This document shows, piece after piece, positions 53,462 through 63,602 of a DNA stretch of 64,000 nucleotides; the first letter of the stretch is position 1, and every line of letters begins with the position of its first letter. The position numbers were made by a program, and so were the translations under genes. The notes under the pieces were generated by a model, which was given only the letters and a program-made list of their open reading frames with translations, was not told the origin of the DNA and did no database searches. The stretch covers positions 200,437-264,436 of the forward strand of contig JADKFA010000001.1 of NCBI GenBank assembly GCA_016717725.1, read 5' to 3'. The DNA is from Bacteroidota bacterium. GTDB lineage: Bacteria > Bacteroidota > Bacteroidia > AKYH767-A > OLB10.

Positions 53462-53611
53462 TGAACGCGGATGACACGGATAAAACGGATTTTCACGGAT
53501 TCGTTCATCGCACATTGAAAAGAAGTAGATAGTCACAATGCATCATATTAGTGGATTCGCGCTTTCGTAAATTCGTAATTCGTACATTCGTATCGATTCG
53601 TAATTCGTAAC
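53462..53611. repeat. A conserved ~50-nt motif (GAACGCGGATGACACGGATAAAACGGATTTTCACGGATTCG; ACGGAT x3 at 11-bp spacing) followed by an (ATTCGTA)n heptamer satellite (53560-53611).
   Basis: Direct reading. A paralogous copy lies at 62961-63010 and degenerate relatives at 58190-58330. Confidence 0.8.
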
Positions 53612-53615
53612 CTTC

Positions 53616-55157
53616 CTAGAATTTCATTATTTTCCCTTGCACTTTATCCTTCTCAGTACTTAACGAAACAATATAAACTCCAGATGCAATATCATTCATA
53701 AAAATTTCAGTTGTAAAATACCCACCCGCTATAACATCCACTTTCCTTTCATAAACCACTCTCCCCTCCATATCAAACAACCTCAACACCCCGCTCTTCC
53801 CTTTTAACTTCGAAGCATTAACATGAATCATATTCCACTCGGGATTGTACCAGGCTTGGAAGAAAACATCATTCTTTTCATCATTTTCGGTTAGACCTAC
53901 CGTTAGTGTATCGCACGGACTCCCCACCCATGCACCGAGCTCATAATCGGGATTGTTGGGAAGGCCATTGTATGTTCTTGCACCACCGAGGTAGAAATTG
54001 AAGGGTTGAAAATCGCAGGCAAGACCTAGGGAATCGGGTTGGTTGATGACGCTGAGATTTGTGTTATAAACGTTGTATGAGGTGTCTTGATAAGGGTAAT
54101 AATTTAAATAATTAGCAGCTAAGTATATATTATCATCAGGAGCTTTTCTTAATGCTCCAAGACCAATATACGTATTTGGAGCTCCATATATATGTGTTTT
54201 ACTAGCAGAAATATTTGCGGCTATTAAATCAAACTGGTACAAAGAATCGGTACCACCTAAGGAGCTATATTGAGAATATGCAGACACATATAGCTTTGTT
54301 TCATCTGGTGATAAAGCCAATGAATTATAATAAGGGTATGGTTGAGCACTTCTTGTTGGTTCTATTACAGTTGGATTAGAAAATAAACCGGTACACCTGT
54401 CAAAATCAATATACTCAATGACACCTCCCCAACTGCAAATATACATCTTCGATCCTTCTGAGTTAAAAAATAAATGTCCACCATTTTCGTAAAATAAAGC
54501 ACCTATATTCTGTGTGTGATGCAAGGAAGGCCCATTTTCATTGACCAAATAAACATAAAATTTATTACTCAAAGAATATGGTGGAGTTGGGTCGTAATCC
54601 TTAAATATTACCCACCAATCCCTACCGTTTCCATGCTTTACCGCAGCTAAACCATCAAATGCAGGTAAGTTATTTAACTGGATATTTTTTTGTGTTACAA
54701 TTCCTGAATCACTGTTGGCCTTGAAATTAATAATAGAATAATAAAGACCGAAGGGATCAATACCGTTTACAACAATGTTCGTGAAAAATAAAGCTACTGA
54801 ATCGTTGTTAGGCTTTGGAATAAATAGTGCGGAGTGATACCAGTCTTCCCCAAAAATGGAGTCACCATTTTCAACTAATTTATGAAAACGGTTGTAAGCG
54901 TTATATCTTAACTGTGATGTTAAGCCATTAAAAACATAACCGGAATATAGCAATAAATTATTTGCACTATCACATAAACTTGCTGTCCCACTTCTTCCTT
55001 TATTCATAGAAATAAACGTAGCAGGATTTGAAGGAACACTCCAATCTATACCCGACGAATCTCCAAAGCACCAAACATTACCTTTGAATTTTTGGGCATG
55101 ACACAAACGTGTAAACAACAATAAGTATAATATTATACTAAAATTTCTCATGACCAA
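53616..55157 (-). CDS. T9SS-secreted protein, paralog A (513 aa; signal peptide, C-terminal T9SS domain).
   Basis: C-terminal domain (VLRLFDMEGRVVYERK...GVYIVSLSTEKDKVQGKIMKF) and about 90% protein identity to the 55998..57518 product. Confidence 0.75.
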   Translation of the reverse strand: MVMRNFSIILYLLLFTRLCHAQKFKGNVWCFGDSSGIDWSVPSNPATFISMNKGRSGTASLCDSANNLLLYSGYVFNGLTSQLRYNAYNRFHKLVENGDSIFGEDWYHSALFIPKPNNDSVALFFTNIVVNGIDPFGLYYSIINFKANSDSGIVTQKNIQLNNLPAFDGLAAVKHGNGRDWWVIFKDYDPTPPYSLSNKFYVYLVNENGPSLHHTQNIGALFYENGGHLFFNSEGSKMYICSWGGVIEYIDFDRCTGLFSNPTVIEPTRSAQPYPYYNSLALSPDETKLYVSAYSQYSSLGGTDSLYQFDLIAANISASKTHIYGAPNTYIGLGALRKAPDDNIYLAANYLNYYPYQDTSYNVYNTNLSVINQPDSLGLACDFQPFNFYLGGARTYNGLPNNPDYELGAWVGSPCDTLTVGLTENDEKNDVFFQAWYNPEWNMIHVNASKLKGKSGVLRLFDMEGRVVYERKVDVIAGGYFTTEIFMNDIASGVYIVSLSTEKDKVQGKIMKF

Positions 55158-55159
55158 GT

Positions 55160-55960
55160 TTATCTAATAATTACAAGTTTACATTGAGATAATGATCCTT
55201 CAGCACCGTACACTTTAACAAAGTAAATTCCTTGAAGTAAGGACTTAACATCTAAAAACCCATTTATAATTACTTTATCCATTGATAAATTACTATTAAC
55301 ATCAAATAATTGAATTCTTCCGGAAAACAATTCATCATTCAGCCGTATTTGAGAATAAACGGAAGCAGGATTTGGTTGAATCAGTAATTTAATTTCATCC
55401 AGTTGCTTGCTGAAAACAGCTCTTCTTAAATTGCTTTCGAGAGTTACATCATGAATTTCTAAGAACAATACATTACGGGCTAAATAAACTGCATCTCCAT
55501 ATAATAGTGAATGAGAATAGGCCATATCTAAAAGGAAGGAACTGTCCTGAGCGCTCAAAGTAGAATCAAAAACAATTTTGGTGAGATATAAATTATAAAA
55601 AGCAGATAAATATTCTTCCTGTTCGTTGGTATCATTAATTCCTGCTAATATTGCAGCTGCATTGCTATATTCTCTTTGTGATATCAAAACGGCAATGGAA
55701 TCGTATTTTTCAAGGTTACTTTGCTTCATAGAATAGTAAAAATCGATAAAGGAAGCATCACTTTCATCGTCCATATCGATTAATGAAGTATCACTTTTAA
55801 GCACTTTATAGGTGATTACTTTTCCGTTATACCTAAAACCACTTTGATAATTTTCATCATAACGGGCAGAATCCGCAACTACAGCACCAAACAATTCATT
55901 GCGGATGTTAAGGGATAATGGAACACCGGTATTTAGTCTCATGAGTTTACTTCGGAACAA
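55160..55960 (-). CDS. Hypothetical protein with a T9SS-like C-terminal domain (LIQPNPASVYSQIRL...GIYFVKVYGAEGSLSQCKLVIIR) but no recognisable signal peptide at the ORF start; it may be N-terminally truncated.
   Basis: ORF track plus C-terminal domain motif; the first Met follows an in-frame stop 37 nt from the neighbouring gene. Confidence 0.5.
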   Translation of the reverse strand: MFRSKLMRLNTGVPLSLNIRNELFGAVVADSARYDENYQSGFRYNGKVITYKVLKSDTSLIDMDDESDASFIDFYYSMKQSNLEKYDSIAVLISQREYSNAAAILAGINDTNEQEEYLSAFYNLYLTKIVFDSTLSAQDSSFLLDMAYSHSLLYGDAVYLARNVLFLEIHDVTLESNLRRAVFSKQLDEIKLLIQPNPASVYSQIRLNDELFSGRIQLFDVNSNLSMDKVIINGFLDVKSLLQGIYFVKVYGAEGSLSQCKLVIIR

Positions 55961-55997
55961 TTTTTCCGAACCGTTTTTGCGAAAAACACCTTATTCA

Positions 55998-57518
55998 TCA
56001 TTTCATAACTTTACCTGAAAGATAATCTTTTTCCGTTAATAAATTAACAATATATATCCCTTTTGTTATCCCTTGCATGCCAATTTCAGTGGTCACATAT
56101 CCACCCGAAATCACTTCAATTTTTTTATCATATATCAATCTTCCCTCTAAATCATACAACCTTAAACTCCCTGAATTCCCTTTCAATTTCGACGCATTCA
56201 CATGAATCATATTCCACTCGGGATTGTACCATGCTTGAAAGAACACATCATTTTTTTCATCGTTTTCGGTTATGCCTACCGTTAGTGTATCGCACGGACT
56301 CCCTACCCATGCTGCTAGTTCGTAATCGGGATTGTTGGGAAGGCCATTGTATGTTCTTGCACCACCGAGGTAGAAATTGAAGGGTTGAAAATCGCAGGCA
56401 AGACCTAGGGAATCGGGTTGGTTGATGACGCTGAGATTTGTGTTATAAACGTTGTACGAGGTGTCTTGATAAGGGTAATAATTTAAATAATTAGCAGCTA
56501 AGTATATATTACCATCAGGAGCTTTTCTTAATGCTCCAAGACCAATATACGTATTTGGAGCACCATATATATGTGTTTTACTAGCAGAAATATTTGCGGC
56601 TGTTAAATCAAACTGGTACAAAGAATCGGTACCACCTAAGGAGCTATATTGAGAATATGCAGACACATATAGCTTTGTTTCATCTGGTGATAAAGCCAAT
56701 GAATTATAATAAGGGTATGGTTGAGCACTTCTTGTTGGTTCTATTACAGTTGGATTAGAAAATAAACCGGTACACCTGTCAAAATCAATATACTCAATGA
56801 CACCTCCCCAACTGCAAATATATATCTTCGATCCTTCTGAGTTGAAAAATAAATGTCCACCATTTTCGTAAAATAAAGCACCTACATTCTGTGTATGCTG
56901 CAAAGCAGGTCCATTTTCATTGACTAAATATACATAAAATTTATTACTCAAAGAATATGGTGGAGTTGGGTCGTAATCCTTAAATATTACCCACCAATCC
57001 CTACCGTTTCCATGCTTTACCGCAGCTAAACCATCAAATGCAGGTAAGTTATTTAACTGGATATTTTTTTGTGTTACTATTCCGGAATCATTGTTGGCTT
57101 TGTAATTGACGATAGAATAATAAAGACCATAATTCAAAGAGTTTGTAACACTTACCGAAAATAAATAAATTATTGAATCATTCACACCCGGAATAAGGAT
57201 AACTGAATGATACCAGTCTTGAAAATATATTGTATCACCATTGGGTATTAATTGATGGAATTTATTTAAAACCCATCCTCTATTATTCGCAGGCTCCTTT
57301 TTATACACGGAATAAATTAATAAGTTCCCTAAACTATCGCAAATACTTGCCGTCCCACTCCTACTGTGAATCATTGATCTAAAAAAATTAGGAGAACTAG
57401 GAGATGTCCAATCAATTCCTGCCGAATCACCGAAGCACCAGACGTCGCCTTTATATTTTTGAGCCTCCATCTCCCCAAATCCAAAAAGGAATAAAAACAA
57501 AAGGAGTAGGTGCTTCAT
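55998..57518 (-). CDS. T9SS-secreted protein, paralog B (506 aa).
   Basis: Signal peptide MKHLLLLFLFLFGFGEMEAQ and C-terminal T9SS domain. Its central ~850 nt are near-identical to paralog A. Confidence 0.75.
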   Translation of the reverse strand: MKHLLLLFLFLFGFGEMEAQKYKGDVWCFGDSAGIDWTSPSSPNFFRSMIHSRSGTASICDSLGNLLIYSVYKKEPANNRGWVLNKFHQLIPNGDTIYFQDWYHSVILIPGVNDSIIYLFSVSVTNSLNYGLYYSIVNYKANNDSGIVTQKNIQLNNLPAFDGLAAVKHGNGRDWWVIFKDYDPTPPYSLSNKFYVYLVNENGPALQHTQNVGALFYENGGHLFFNSEGSKIYICSWGGVIEYIDFDRCTGLFSNPTVIEPTRSAQPYPYYNSLALSPDETKLYVSAYSQYSSLGGTDSLYQFDLTAANISASKTHIYGAPNTYIGLGALRKAPDGNIYLAANYLNYYPYQDTSYNVYNTNLSVINQPDSLGLACDFQPFNFYLGGARTYNGLPNNPDYELAAWVGSPCDTLTVGITENDEKNDVFFQAWYNPEWNMIHVNASKLKGNSGSLRLYDLEGRLIYDKKIEVISGGYVTTEIGMQGITKGIYIVNLLTEKDYLSGKVMK

Positions 57519-57757
57519 GATATAAAGGTAAGGAAAATAATTATTTGAGTTACATAAAAATTGAGCTTCGGATCGGAGTATGCTTCAAGCTACTAGCTTC
57601 AAGCTTCAAGGGTGAACAGAGGAGATAGGTATTTTACTTCCAACAATCTTTACCCCTGCGCCCCCTGCGCATCTCCGCGTTCCTTGCGCCTGCCTGCCGG
57701 CAGGCAGGGTTAAACTGTGAGTTATATGCAGTAGAATACTATTTAGAAGAAGGTATT

Positions 57758-58171
57758 CTAAATAGTTGCAATCACTTTCAACTCTATCCCAATCGGCGTA
57801 GGCAAACAATTAATCTCAACCGTAGTACGGCAAGGTTGGTTGTCTTTGAAGTACTCGGCATAGATGCGGTTGTAAATTGCGAAGTCGTCTTTCATATTCG
57901 TTAAGAAAACCGTGACGTCAATAATTTTATCCCAACTACTGCCTGCATCTTCCAAAATGTATTTGATGTTTCGAAAAACAGAATGACATTGTGCTTCGAT
58001 ATCGTAAGAAATTACTTTGCCGTCTGCATCTTGTTCAACACCTGGAATAATTTTGGTTCCGCGTTCTCTGGGTCCTACTCCCGATAAAAATAATAAATCG
58101 CCAACACGGCGCGCATGAGGGTAAAGTCCGACAGGTTCGGGGGCTTTCGAGGAGTTAATTTTAGAGTTCAT
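57758..58171 (-). CDS. ridA: RidA/YjgF-family reactive-intermediate deaminase (137 aa). The ORF track's extension to 58480 is read-through of a satellite region.
   Basis: MNSKINSSKAPEPVGLYPHARRVGDLLFLSGVGP...CRTTVEINCLP; ATG at 58171. Confidence 0.8.
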   Translation of the reverse strand: MNSKINSSKAPEPVGLYPHARRVGDLLFLSGVGPRERGTKIIPGVEQDADGKVISYDIEAQCHSVFRNIKYILEDAGSSWDKIIDVTVFLTNMKDDFAIYNRIYAEYFKDNQPCRTTVEINCLPTPIGIELKVIATI

Positions 58172-58460
58172 AATAGTAATACAAATATAAGCGAAATGGG
58201 ACAGACGCGAAATGCGAATGAACACGAAAATGCGAAAATGCGAAAAAATGGACGCGATCCCGATAGCTATAGGGAACGAATCGATACGAATGTACAAATT
58301 ACGAAAATACGGATACGCGAATTTACTAAAATCTCTTGACGCGAAACACGAATTATCACGAAATGCGAAATATACGAAAAGGCGAAAAAATTGTCCTGAA
58401 TATAGTTGAAAGGGCGAAAGCCTAAGAAATTCAAAAAAAATTCGCCAATCCACCAATACA
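58172..58460. repeat. A-rich degenerate satellite block: (CGAAAATG), (TACGAAT) and (CACCAAT)-type heptamers.
   Basis: gcgaaatgcgaatgaacacgaaaatgcgaaaatgcgaaaaaatgg ... ccaatccaccaatacaccaacccgccaattcaccaat. Confidence 0.8.
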
Positions 58461-58517
58461 CCAACCCGCCAATTCACCAATTTTTTAATGCGGGAGAGAA
58501 ACTAGATGTAGCAAAAA

Positions 58518-60143
58518 CTACTGCGGTGCAACGAACACGACCTCGAGTTCCCAATTGGCTCTTAGGGTGATGGGTTCGGGATAGATGAATACTTTTTCGG
58601 GTTGGCGCTTTTGGGCGAAATGGGAATAGGTATAGCGATGGTCGCGGTTGGCGTCTTCTATAATTCGCAGTTTGATGGGAACGGTGTTGAGATAGGAAAA
58701 GGTGTACGTAGAATCTTTATTGATCTCCATCTCGCGGATGAGTTCAAATTTTTCGGAAAGGATCTGGAGTAAATAATTTTTATCTGAATCTAAATTCTGT
58801 GTTTTGATGCTGAGCATCGCCATATTTTCTTCGGTAGGTACTAAGAAATCAAGCTTGAGCGTGTCGTTGGTGATGGCGTATATGTCTCTTATGGCTCCAG
58901 GAAAGATCGTCAACTTATACTTTTTTCCGTTTTGCCAAGGATAATCAATCTTAAAAAAACCAGTAGTGGGATCAATCATTTGTAAGGGCAAACGAATTGC
59001 TTTAGAACTATCTTCTACCACCTCTGCCGAATCTAATTTCAATTGCAAAGGGTGATTTGCATTGAAAACAAAAGCGGTGGAAGGTCCAAAAGAAGCTGGT
59101 GATTGTCGTGGATTTATTCGAAGACGTGTTTTCGTCCCCACCACTCCTGCTGGCGGCATTAAATTTTGCAATAAAGTATCTATCAATTTATCACCATCAT
59201 ACATCAGCAACGACAATGAATCGGAAAGGGTATCGGGCGAATAAAAATAAAAGGTATCTCGATTAGCGAGAGAATACTTCAACCCCATCCATGATGTGCC
59301 TTCTAAATTTTTTAGCACCAAAGAATCAATTCGTTTGTTAAAAGAAATCATGGCCGAGTAACGATCGAGTCGTAACGCTTTTAAGAATCGTGGTGCTGCT
59401 GGTTCTAAGTTCGAGAGTCGTAAAATAGGATGTTCGTCACCAGGCAATACAATAGTAGAATCCATAAAAGCCAAAGGCTCTTCCCCACTGCTATCACATA
59501 CGTAATTGCTGTTCTTATCATCAACCGCATACAGTCGGTATTCACCGGCTGCCATATTATCAATTTTAAATTCGCCCTTCTCATTGGATTTAGCGAAATA
59601 ATCGGGACGCTTCCTAAAAACAATACTGTCTTCTTTAGTGTCTATCGATTTACGGTACACCAATACCGTTATACTCTTTAATGCAACAGCAGTAGAAGCC
59701 TCTGCTACATTCCCTTCCACTTTTAACGAATCTAGAAAATCGCCCGTAGAGAAAACATATTGAAAATTGTCCAATGGATTCGCCTCATGCACATCCACAA
59801 TTGACTTTCCGAAATTGAGTGTGTACGTTGTATTGAGAGCTAAATCATCGGGCAATGTGATGATGACTTCTCGCTTGTTTGATTTCACTTCAGGTAATTT
59901 ACTCATGAGCGGACTCACGAAGAACTGACCCTGCAAATCATTTAACGTGATATTCTCATCAAAATGTAAATGGATTTCTTTGCTATTAAAATGAATGCTT
60001 TTATTCTCTGGAATCGTTACCAATAATTTAGGTGCCTCCACATCTTTTTCCCCACCAGTCGGTGTAACTCTATTTGCACAAGATGCCAATAATAAAACGA
60101 AGAGACTATAAATTACTTTTTTCAACGGGAACAGATTTAGCAA
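58518..60143 (-). CDS. Hypothetical lipoprotein (signal MLNLFPLKKVIYSLFVLLLASC), 541 aa, probably an all-beta Ig-like fold.
   Basis: ORF track; lipobox; no catalytic motif seen. Confidence 0.5.
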   Translation of the reverse strand: MLNLFPLKKVIYSLFVLLLASCANRVTPTGGEKDVEAPKLLVTIPENKSIHFNSKEIHLHFDENITLNDLQGQFFVSPLMSKLPEVKSNKREVIITLPDDLALNTTYTLNFGKSIVDVHEANPLDNFQYVFSTGDFLDSLKVEGNVAEASTAVALKSITVLVYRKSIDTKEDSIVFRKRPDYFAKSNEKGEFKIDNMAAGEYRLYAVDDKNSNYVCDSSGEEPLAFMDSTIVLPGDEHPILRLSNLEPAAPRFLKALRLDRYSAMISFNKRIDSLVLKNLEGTSWMGLKYSLANRDTFYFYSPDTLSDSLSLLMYDGDKLIDTLLQNLMPPAGVVGTKTRLRINPRQSPASFGPSTAFVFNANHPLQLKLDSAEVVEDSSKAIRLPLQMIDPTTGFFKIDYPWQNGKKYKLTIFPGAIRDIYAITNDTLKLDFLVPTEENMAMLSIKTQNLDSDKNYLLQILSEKFELIREMEINKDSTYTFSYLNTVPIKLRIIEDANRDHRYTYSHFAQKRQPEKVFIYPEPITLRANWELEVVFVAPQ

Positions 60144-60624
60144 ATAAATTACTCATTAACGAAGCGAGTGATTGTAAGTAGTGTGCATCGACCTCATCAA
60201 AATCATTGATGATATCACTGTCTACATCCAATATCATCACTACACGATCCTTATACAATATAGGCAGTACGATTTCTGATTTCGACAAAGAACTGCAGGC
60301 AATATGTCCGGGAAACTGATTTACATCGGGAACTAAAATCACTCGAGCTTCTTTCCACGCTAAGCCACAAACTCCTTTTCCATATCCGATGCGTGTGCAT
60401 GCCAACGGTCCTTGAAAGGGACCCAACACTAGCTCTTCCGCTTTTACGAAATACACACCCACCCAGAAAAAATTAAATGCTTCTTTTAAAGCGGCCATGA
60501 TATTGGCGCAATTCGCGATCAAGTCATCTTCATCCTCCACCAAGTGTTTTAGTTGGGGCATTAGTATTTCATAACGCTCCTTTTTACTTGTTCCCAGTGG
60601 TGCCAATTCCAGTTCTTCAACCAT
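60106..60624 (-). CDS. msrC: GAF-domain protein of the free methionine-(R)-sulfoxide reductase (MsrC/YebR) family. The probable start is MVEELEL at 60624; the longest ORF starts at 60675.
   Basis: WVGVYFVKAEELVLGPFQGPLACTRIGYGKGVCG...FPGHIACSSLSKSEIVLPI closely tracks E. coli YebR. Confidence 0.7.
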   Translation of the reverse strand: MVEELELAPLGTSKKERYEILMPQLKHLVEDEDDLIANCANIMAALKEAFNFFWVGVYFVKAEELVLGPFQGPLACTRIGYGKGVCGLAWKEARVILVPDVNQFPGHIACSSLSKSEIVLPILYKDRVVMILDVDSDIINDFDEVDAHYLQSLASLMSNLFAKSVPVEKSNL

Positions 60625-60646
60625 CGGGCACAAAGATAGTCGCTCT

Positions 60647-61351
60647 CTAAAGGCGAGCAAAGGCAATGGTGACAATACTCACTTGCACACCCGGAATTTT
60701 TAAAAGGGCTTCGGCAGCGGCGATTAATGTTGATCCAGTGGTAATTACATCGTCTACTAATAGTATTTTCTTTCCTTTTAAGATATTCTCATCCATGGCT
60801 TCAAACACATTCGCCACATTAGCGGCACGTTCGAGGCGATGTTTACTCGTTTGACTGACGGTATTTCTTTTCCGTTGAAGCGCATCGGCGAGCTGCTGAA
60901 TTCCCATCACTTCCGCCAATCCTTTCCCAAAACTGGCAGCTTGATTGTATCCCCGAAAACGCAATTTGTGGGGATGCAAGGGAATCGGAATGACAAAATC
61001 GTGGCTAGCATATTGTGGCGATTTCAATAAACGATAACCACAAAGTTGACCGAGCTTTACACCCACATCCGACCTTCCTTCATATTTTAATTGATGAATC
61101 ATGCGTTGTATCCGCCCACCTTTACTGAAATGACAATAGGCAGTAGCGGCGCTGATAGGCACCTTACCCCAAAATTGTTTGATAACAGGATTATTCATAT
61201 CCTTTTCGAAAGAAGTAACTGGCATTGTCACCATACATCCCAAACAAATTCCATCTTCACCTTTCACTAAATGTTCGCTACAAGCAGCGCATAAATTCGG
61301 AAAAAAGAAATTGAGAAGATCTTCGATAATTATTTTTATTCCTGTCCACAT
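60647..61351 (-). CDS. comF: ComF-family phosphoribosyltransferase (competence protein F). The longest ORF extends to 61414.
   Basis: N-terminal Cys pairs (FFFPNLCAAC, CLGC) and PRPP-binding loop KKILLVDDVITTGSTL. Confidence 0.75.
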   Translation of the reverse strand: MWTGIKIIIEDLLNFFFPNLCAACSEHLVKGEDGICLGCMVTMPVTSFEKDMNNPVIKQFWGKVPISAATAYCHFSKGGRIQRMIHQLKYEGRSDVGVKLGQLCGYRLLKSPQYASHDFVIPIPLHPHKLRFRGYNQAASFGKGLAEVMGIQQLADALQRKRNTVSQTSKHRLERAANVANVFEAMDENILKGKKILLVDDVITTGSTLIAAAEALLKIPGVQVSIVTIAFARL

Positions 61352-61630
61352 GATGCAAGGATAGGGTGTTGGAAATGAAATACTCGGGGGATAAACGTTT
61401 ATAGTCGAATACAAGTGTTTAACAACGCATAAACCTATATCTAAATGGAAATTACTCCACGCAACTTTAGCTTCTAGCTGCTAGCTTCTGGCTGCTAGTT
61501 GCTCCATAAAACTTAGAAATTATCATTCCTTAAAAGCAAGTTAAATTATTCAAATAAATAAAATTCCTTGCGAACTTTGCGCCTCCCTTGCGCACCTAGC
61601 GGTTAAAATAATCACTCACCGAATAGAAAT

Positions 61631-62860
61631 TTATTCTTCAATTTCCTCATTTTGAAAATCAATGTCAGCATCCAATTGGTTGTGCGGGTAGCGGATAAAA
61701 TGTGTTTGTTTAACTAATCCCATGAGGGCAGCGCGAAGCTCGTCGATGTTTTGTTTATTCTTGGCTGAGATAAAAATAACTGGATGCGTGCCACGAGCTA
61801 TGTACGATTTTTTAAGATCGTCGAGGCTACGGTTTTCGGGTCCGGCTTCGAGTAAATCGTCTTCGTCTTTTTGGATGAAGGTGTAAGCATCAATTTTGTT
61901 GAAGACTAAAAGGATGGGCTTATCAATGGCTTTTAGCTCTTGCAACGTTTCATTCACGACATGAATGTGATCTTCAAAATTAGGATGTGAGATATCCACA
62001 ACATGCACGAGGATGTCGGCTTCACGCACTTCATCTAAAGTAGATTTAAACGATTCAATTAAATCATGAGGAAGCTTGCGAATGAATCCAACGGTATCGG
62101 ATAACAGAAAAGGAATGCGATCGATGACCACTTTGCGAACGGTAGTATCGAGTGTGGCGAATAATTTATTTTCAGCAAACACATCGCTCTTCGCGAGTAA
62201 GTTCATCAATGTACTTTTTCCTACATTGGTATAACCTACCAAGGCAACACGTACAACATCGGCTCTTCGCTTTCGTTGTGTTTTTGTTTGCTTTTCAATT
62301 TCATTGAGTTTTTCACGCAAGCGAGAAAGCTTTTCGCGAATCACACGACGATCGGTTTCAATTTCAGATTCTCCAGGACCACGTGCTCCAATTCCTCCCG
62401 CTTGCTTCTCTAAGTGAGTCCACATGCGTGTGAGTCGGGGAAGGAGATAGCGATACTGCGCCAACTCCACTTGCACTTTGGCTTGAGCGGTACGAGCACG
62501 CTTTGCAAAAATATCCAGGATGAGGTTGGTACGATCTAAAACTCTACAACCAATAATCTTTTCAATATTGCGTAGCTGCGAAGGCGTGAGTTCATCGTCA
62601 AAAATGGCAATTTGAATATTATTTTCTTTGATGAATGCAATGATCTCTTCCATCTTTCCTTTTCCCACAAAAGTTCGGATATCGGGGCGATCGAGACGTT
62701 GGGTAAATCGTTTTACGGTAAAACCGCCAGCAGTTTCTGCTAAAAATTCAAGTTCATCGAGATATTCGGTTACGCGATCCATGTCGGTGTCGCGGGTAGA
62801 AAGTCCGATGAGGATAATACGCTCAGGCGCTATGGATAAATCGTGGGGAGGATGTGGCAA
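61631..62860 (-). CDS. hflX: GTPase HflX.
   Basis: HflX N-domain plus G-domain: VALVGYTNVGKSTLMNLL, DTVGFI, NKID. Confidence 0.85.
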   Translation of the reverse strand: MPHPPHDLSIAPERIILIGLSTRDTDMDRVTEYLDELEFLAETAGGFTVKRFTQRLDRPDIRTFVGKGKMEEIIAFIKENNIQIAIFDDELTPSQLRNIEKIIGCRVLDRTNLILDIFAKRARTAQAKVQVELAQYRYLLPRLTRMWTHLEKQAGGIGARGPGESEIETDRRVIREKLSRLREKLNEIEKQTKTQRKRRADVVRVALVGYTNVGKSTLMNLLAKSDVFAENKLFATLDTTVRKVVIDRIPFLLSDTVGFIRKLPHDLIESFKSTLDEVREADILVHVVDISHPNFEDHIHVVNETLQELKAIDKPILLVFNKIDAYTFIQKDEDDLLEAGPENRSLDDLKKSYIARGTHPVIFISAKNKQNIDELRAALMGLVKQTHFIRYPHNQLDADIDFQNEEIEE

Positions 62861-62960
62861 TGAATGATATTTCTTTAGATAAATAGACTTGAATTGTCAT
62901 GCGAAGTTAAGGAAATTGGATGGATAGTAGAGAAGTTAAATTTCGATAAAATCGTACTTA

Positions 62961-63010
62961 TCGAAATGGAACACGAATGACACGGATTAAAAGGATTTCC
63001 ACGGATTTCT
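62961..63010. repeat. Second copy of the conserved phased ACGGAT motif (GAACACGAATGACACGGATTAAAAGGATTTCCACGGATTTC) upstream of hflX.
   Basis: About 40/50 identity to 53462-53511, with the same three half-sites at the same spacing. Confidence 0.75.
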
Positions 63011-63143
63011 TCTCAATACATAATAAAATATCGCCATTAATAATCATAATAAATCATCATACTCATAATAAATCAGTGTTCCATTACAAACTCTATTTAT
63101 TAATGGTATAATTAACTCTAGGAAATTAAATCTTCAGTAAAAA

Positions 63144-63602
63144 CTAAAACCAACCTCTGCCCAACCCTACTTCACGGAAGGGCCAAGGGATTGAGGCTAA
63201 TATGAGAATGAGTCCGAGGGTAAAATACATAGCCTGAGCTTTAAACTTCTCTTGATCACCTACAGCCTTCTTACTACGGATATGTCCTATGGTTAAAAAT
63301 GCAATGGCGATAATCATCATACTGATATGCTCTACAGCCCAGAAACGAGCTACACCATCTTTCATGGAAGCACCCATATTAGAGATGGCGTTTTGAACCG
63401 TTGGACTTACTGCATATAAAAATCCACCTAAAATCAATTGCAAATGTGCTGAAATCATGGTGAAAAGAGATATTTTCTTATCACCAGCAGTAAAATGAAC
63501 TCCGCCCTTTTTACCTCTAAAGGCTTTAATGATTGCGACAATTAAGAGAAGGAGCAATACCCATCTCAATAAACTGTGGAAGTGTAAGAGTCCGATAAAC
63601 AT
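63144..63602 (-). CDS. Small integral membrane protein (about 4 TM), hypothetical.
   Basis: ORF track; hydrophobicity pattern. Confidence 0.45.
   Translation of the reverse strand: MFIGLLHFHSLLRWVLLLLLIVAIIKAFRGKKGGVHFTAGDKKISLFTMISAHLQLILGGFLYAVSPTVQNAISNMGASMKDGVARFWAVEHISMMIIAIAFLTIGHIRSKKAVGDQEKFKAQAMYFTLGLILILASIPWPFREVGLGRGWF

Noticed and set aside
57758-58480. 240-aa ORF from the track extending the RidA gene upstream.
   Set aside because: The RidA homology and its ATG start at 58171. The upstream part is an open frame running through an A-rich heptamer satellite (cgaaaatgcgaaaatg...) and has no protein-like composition.
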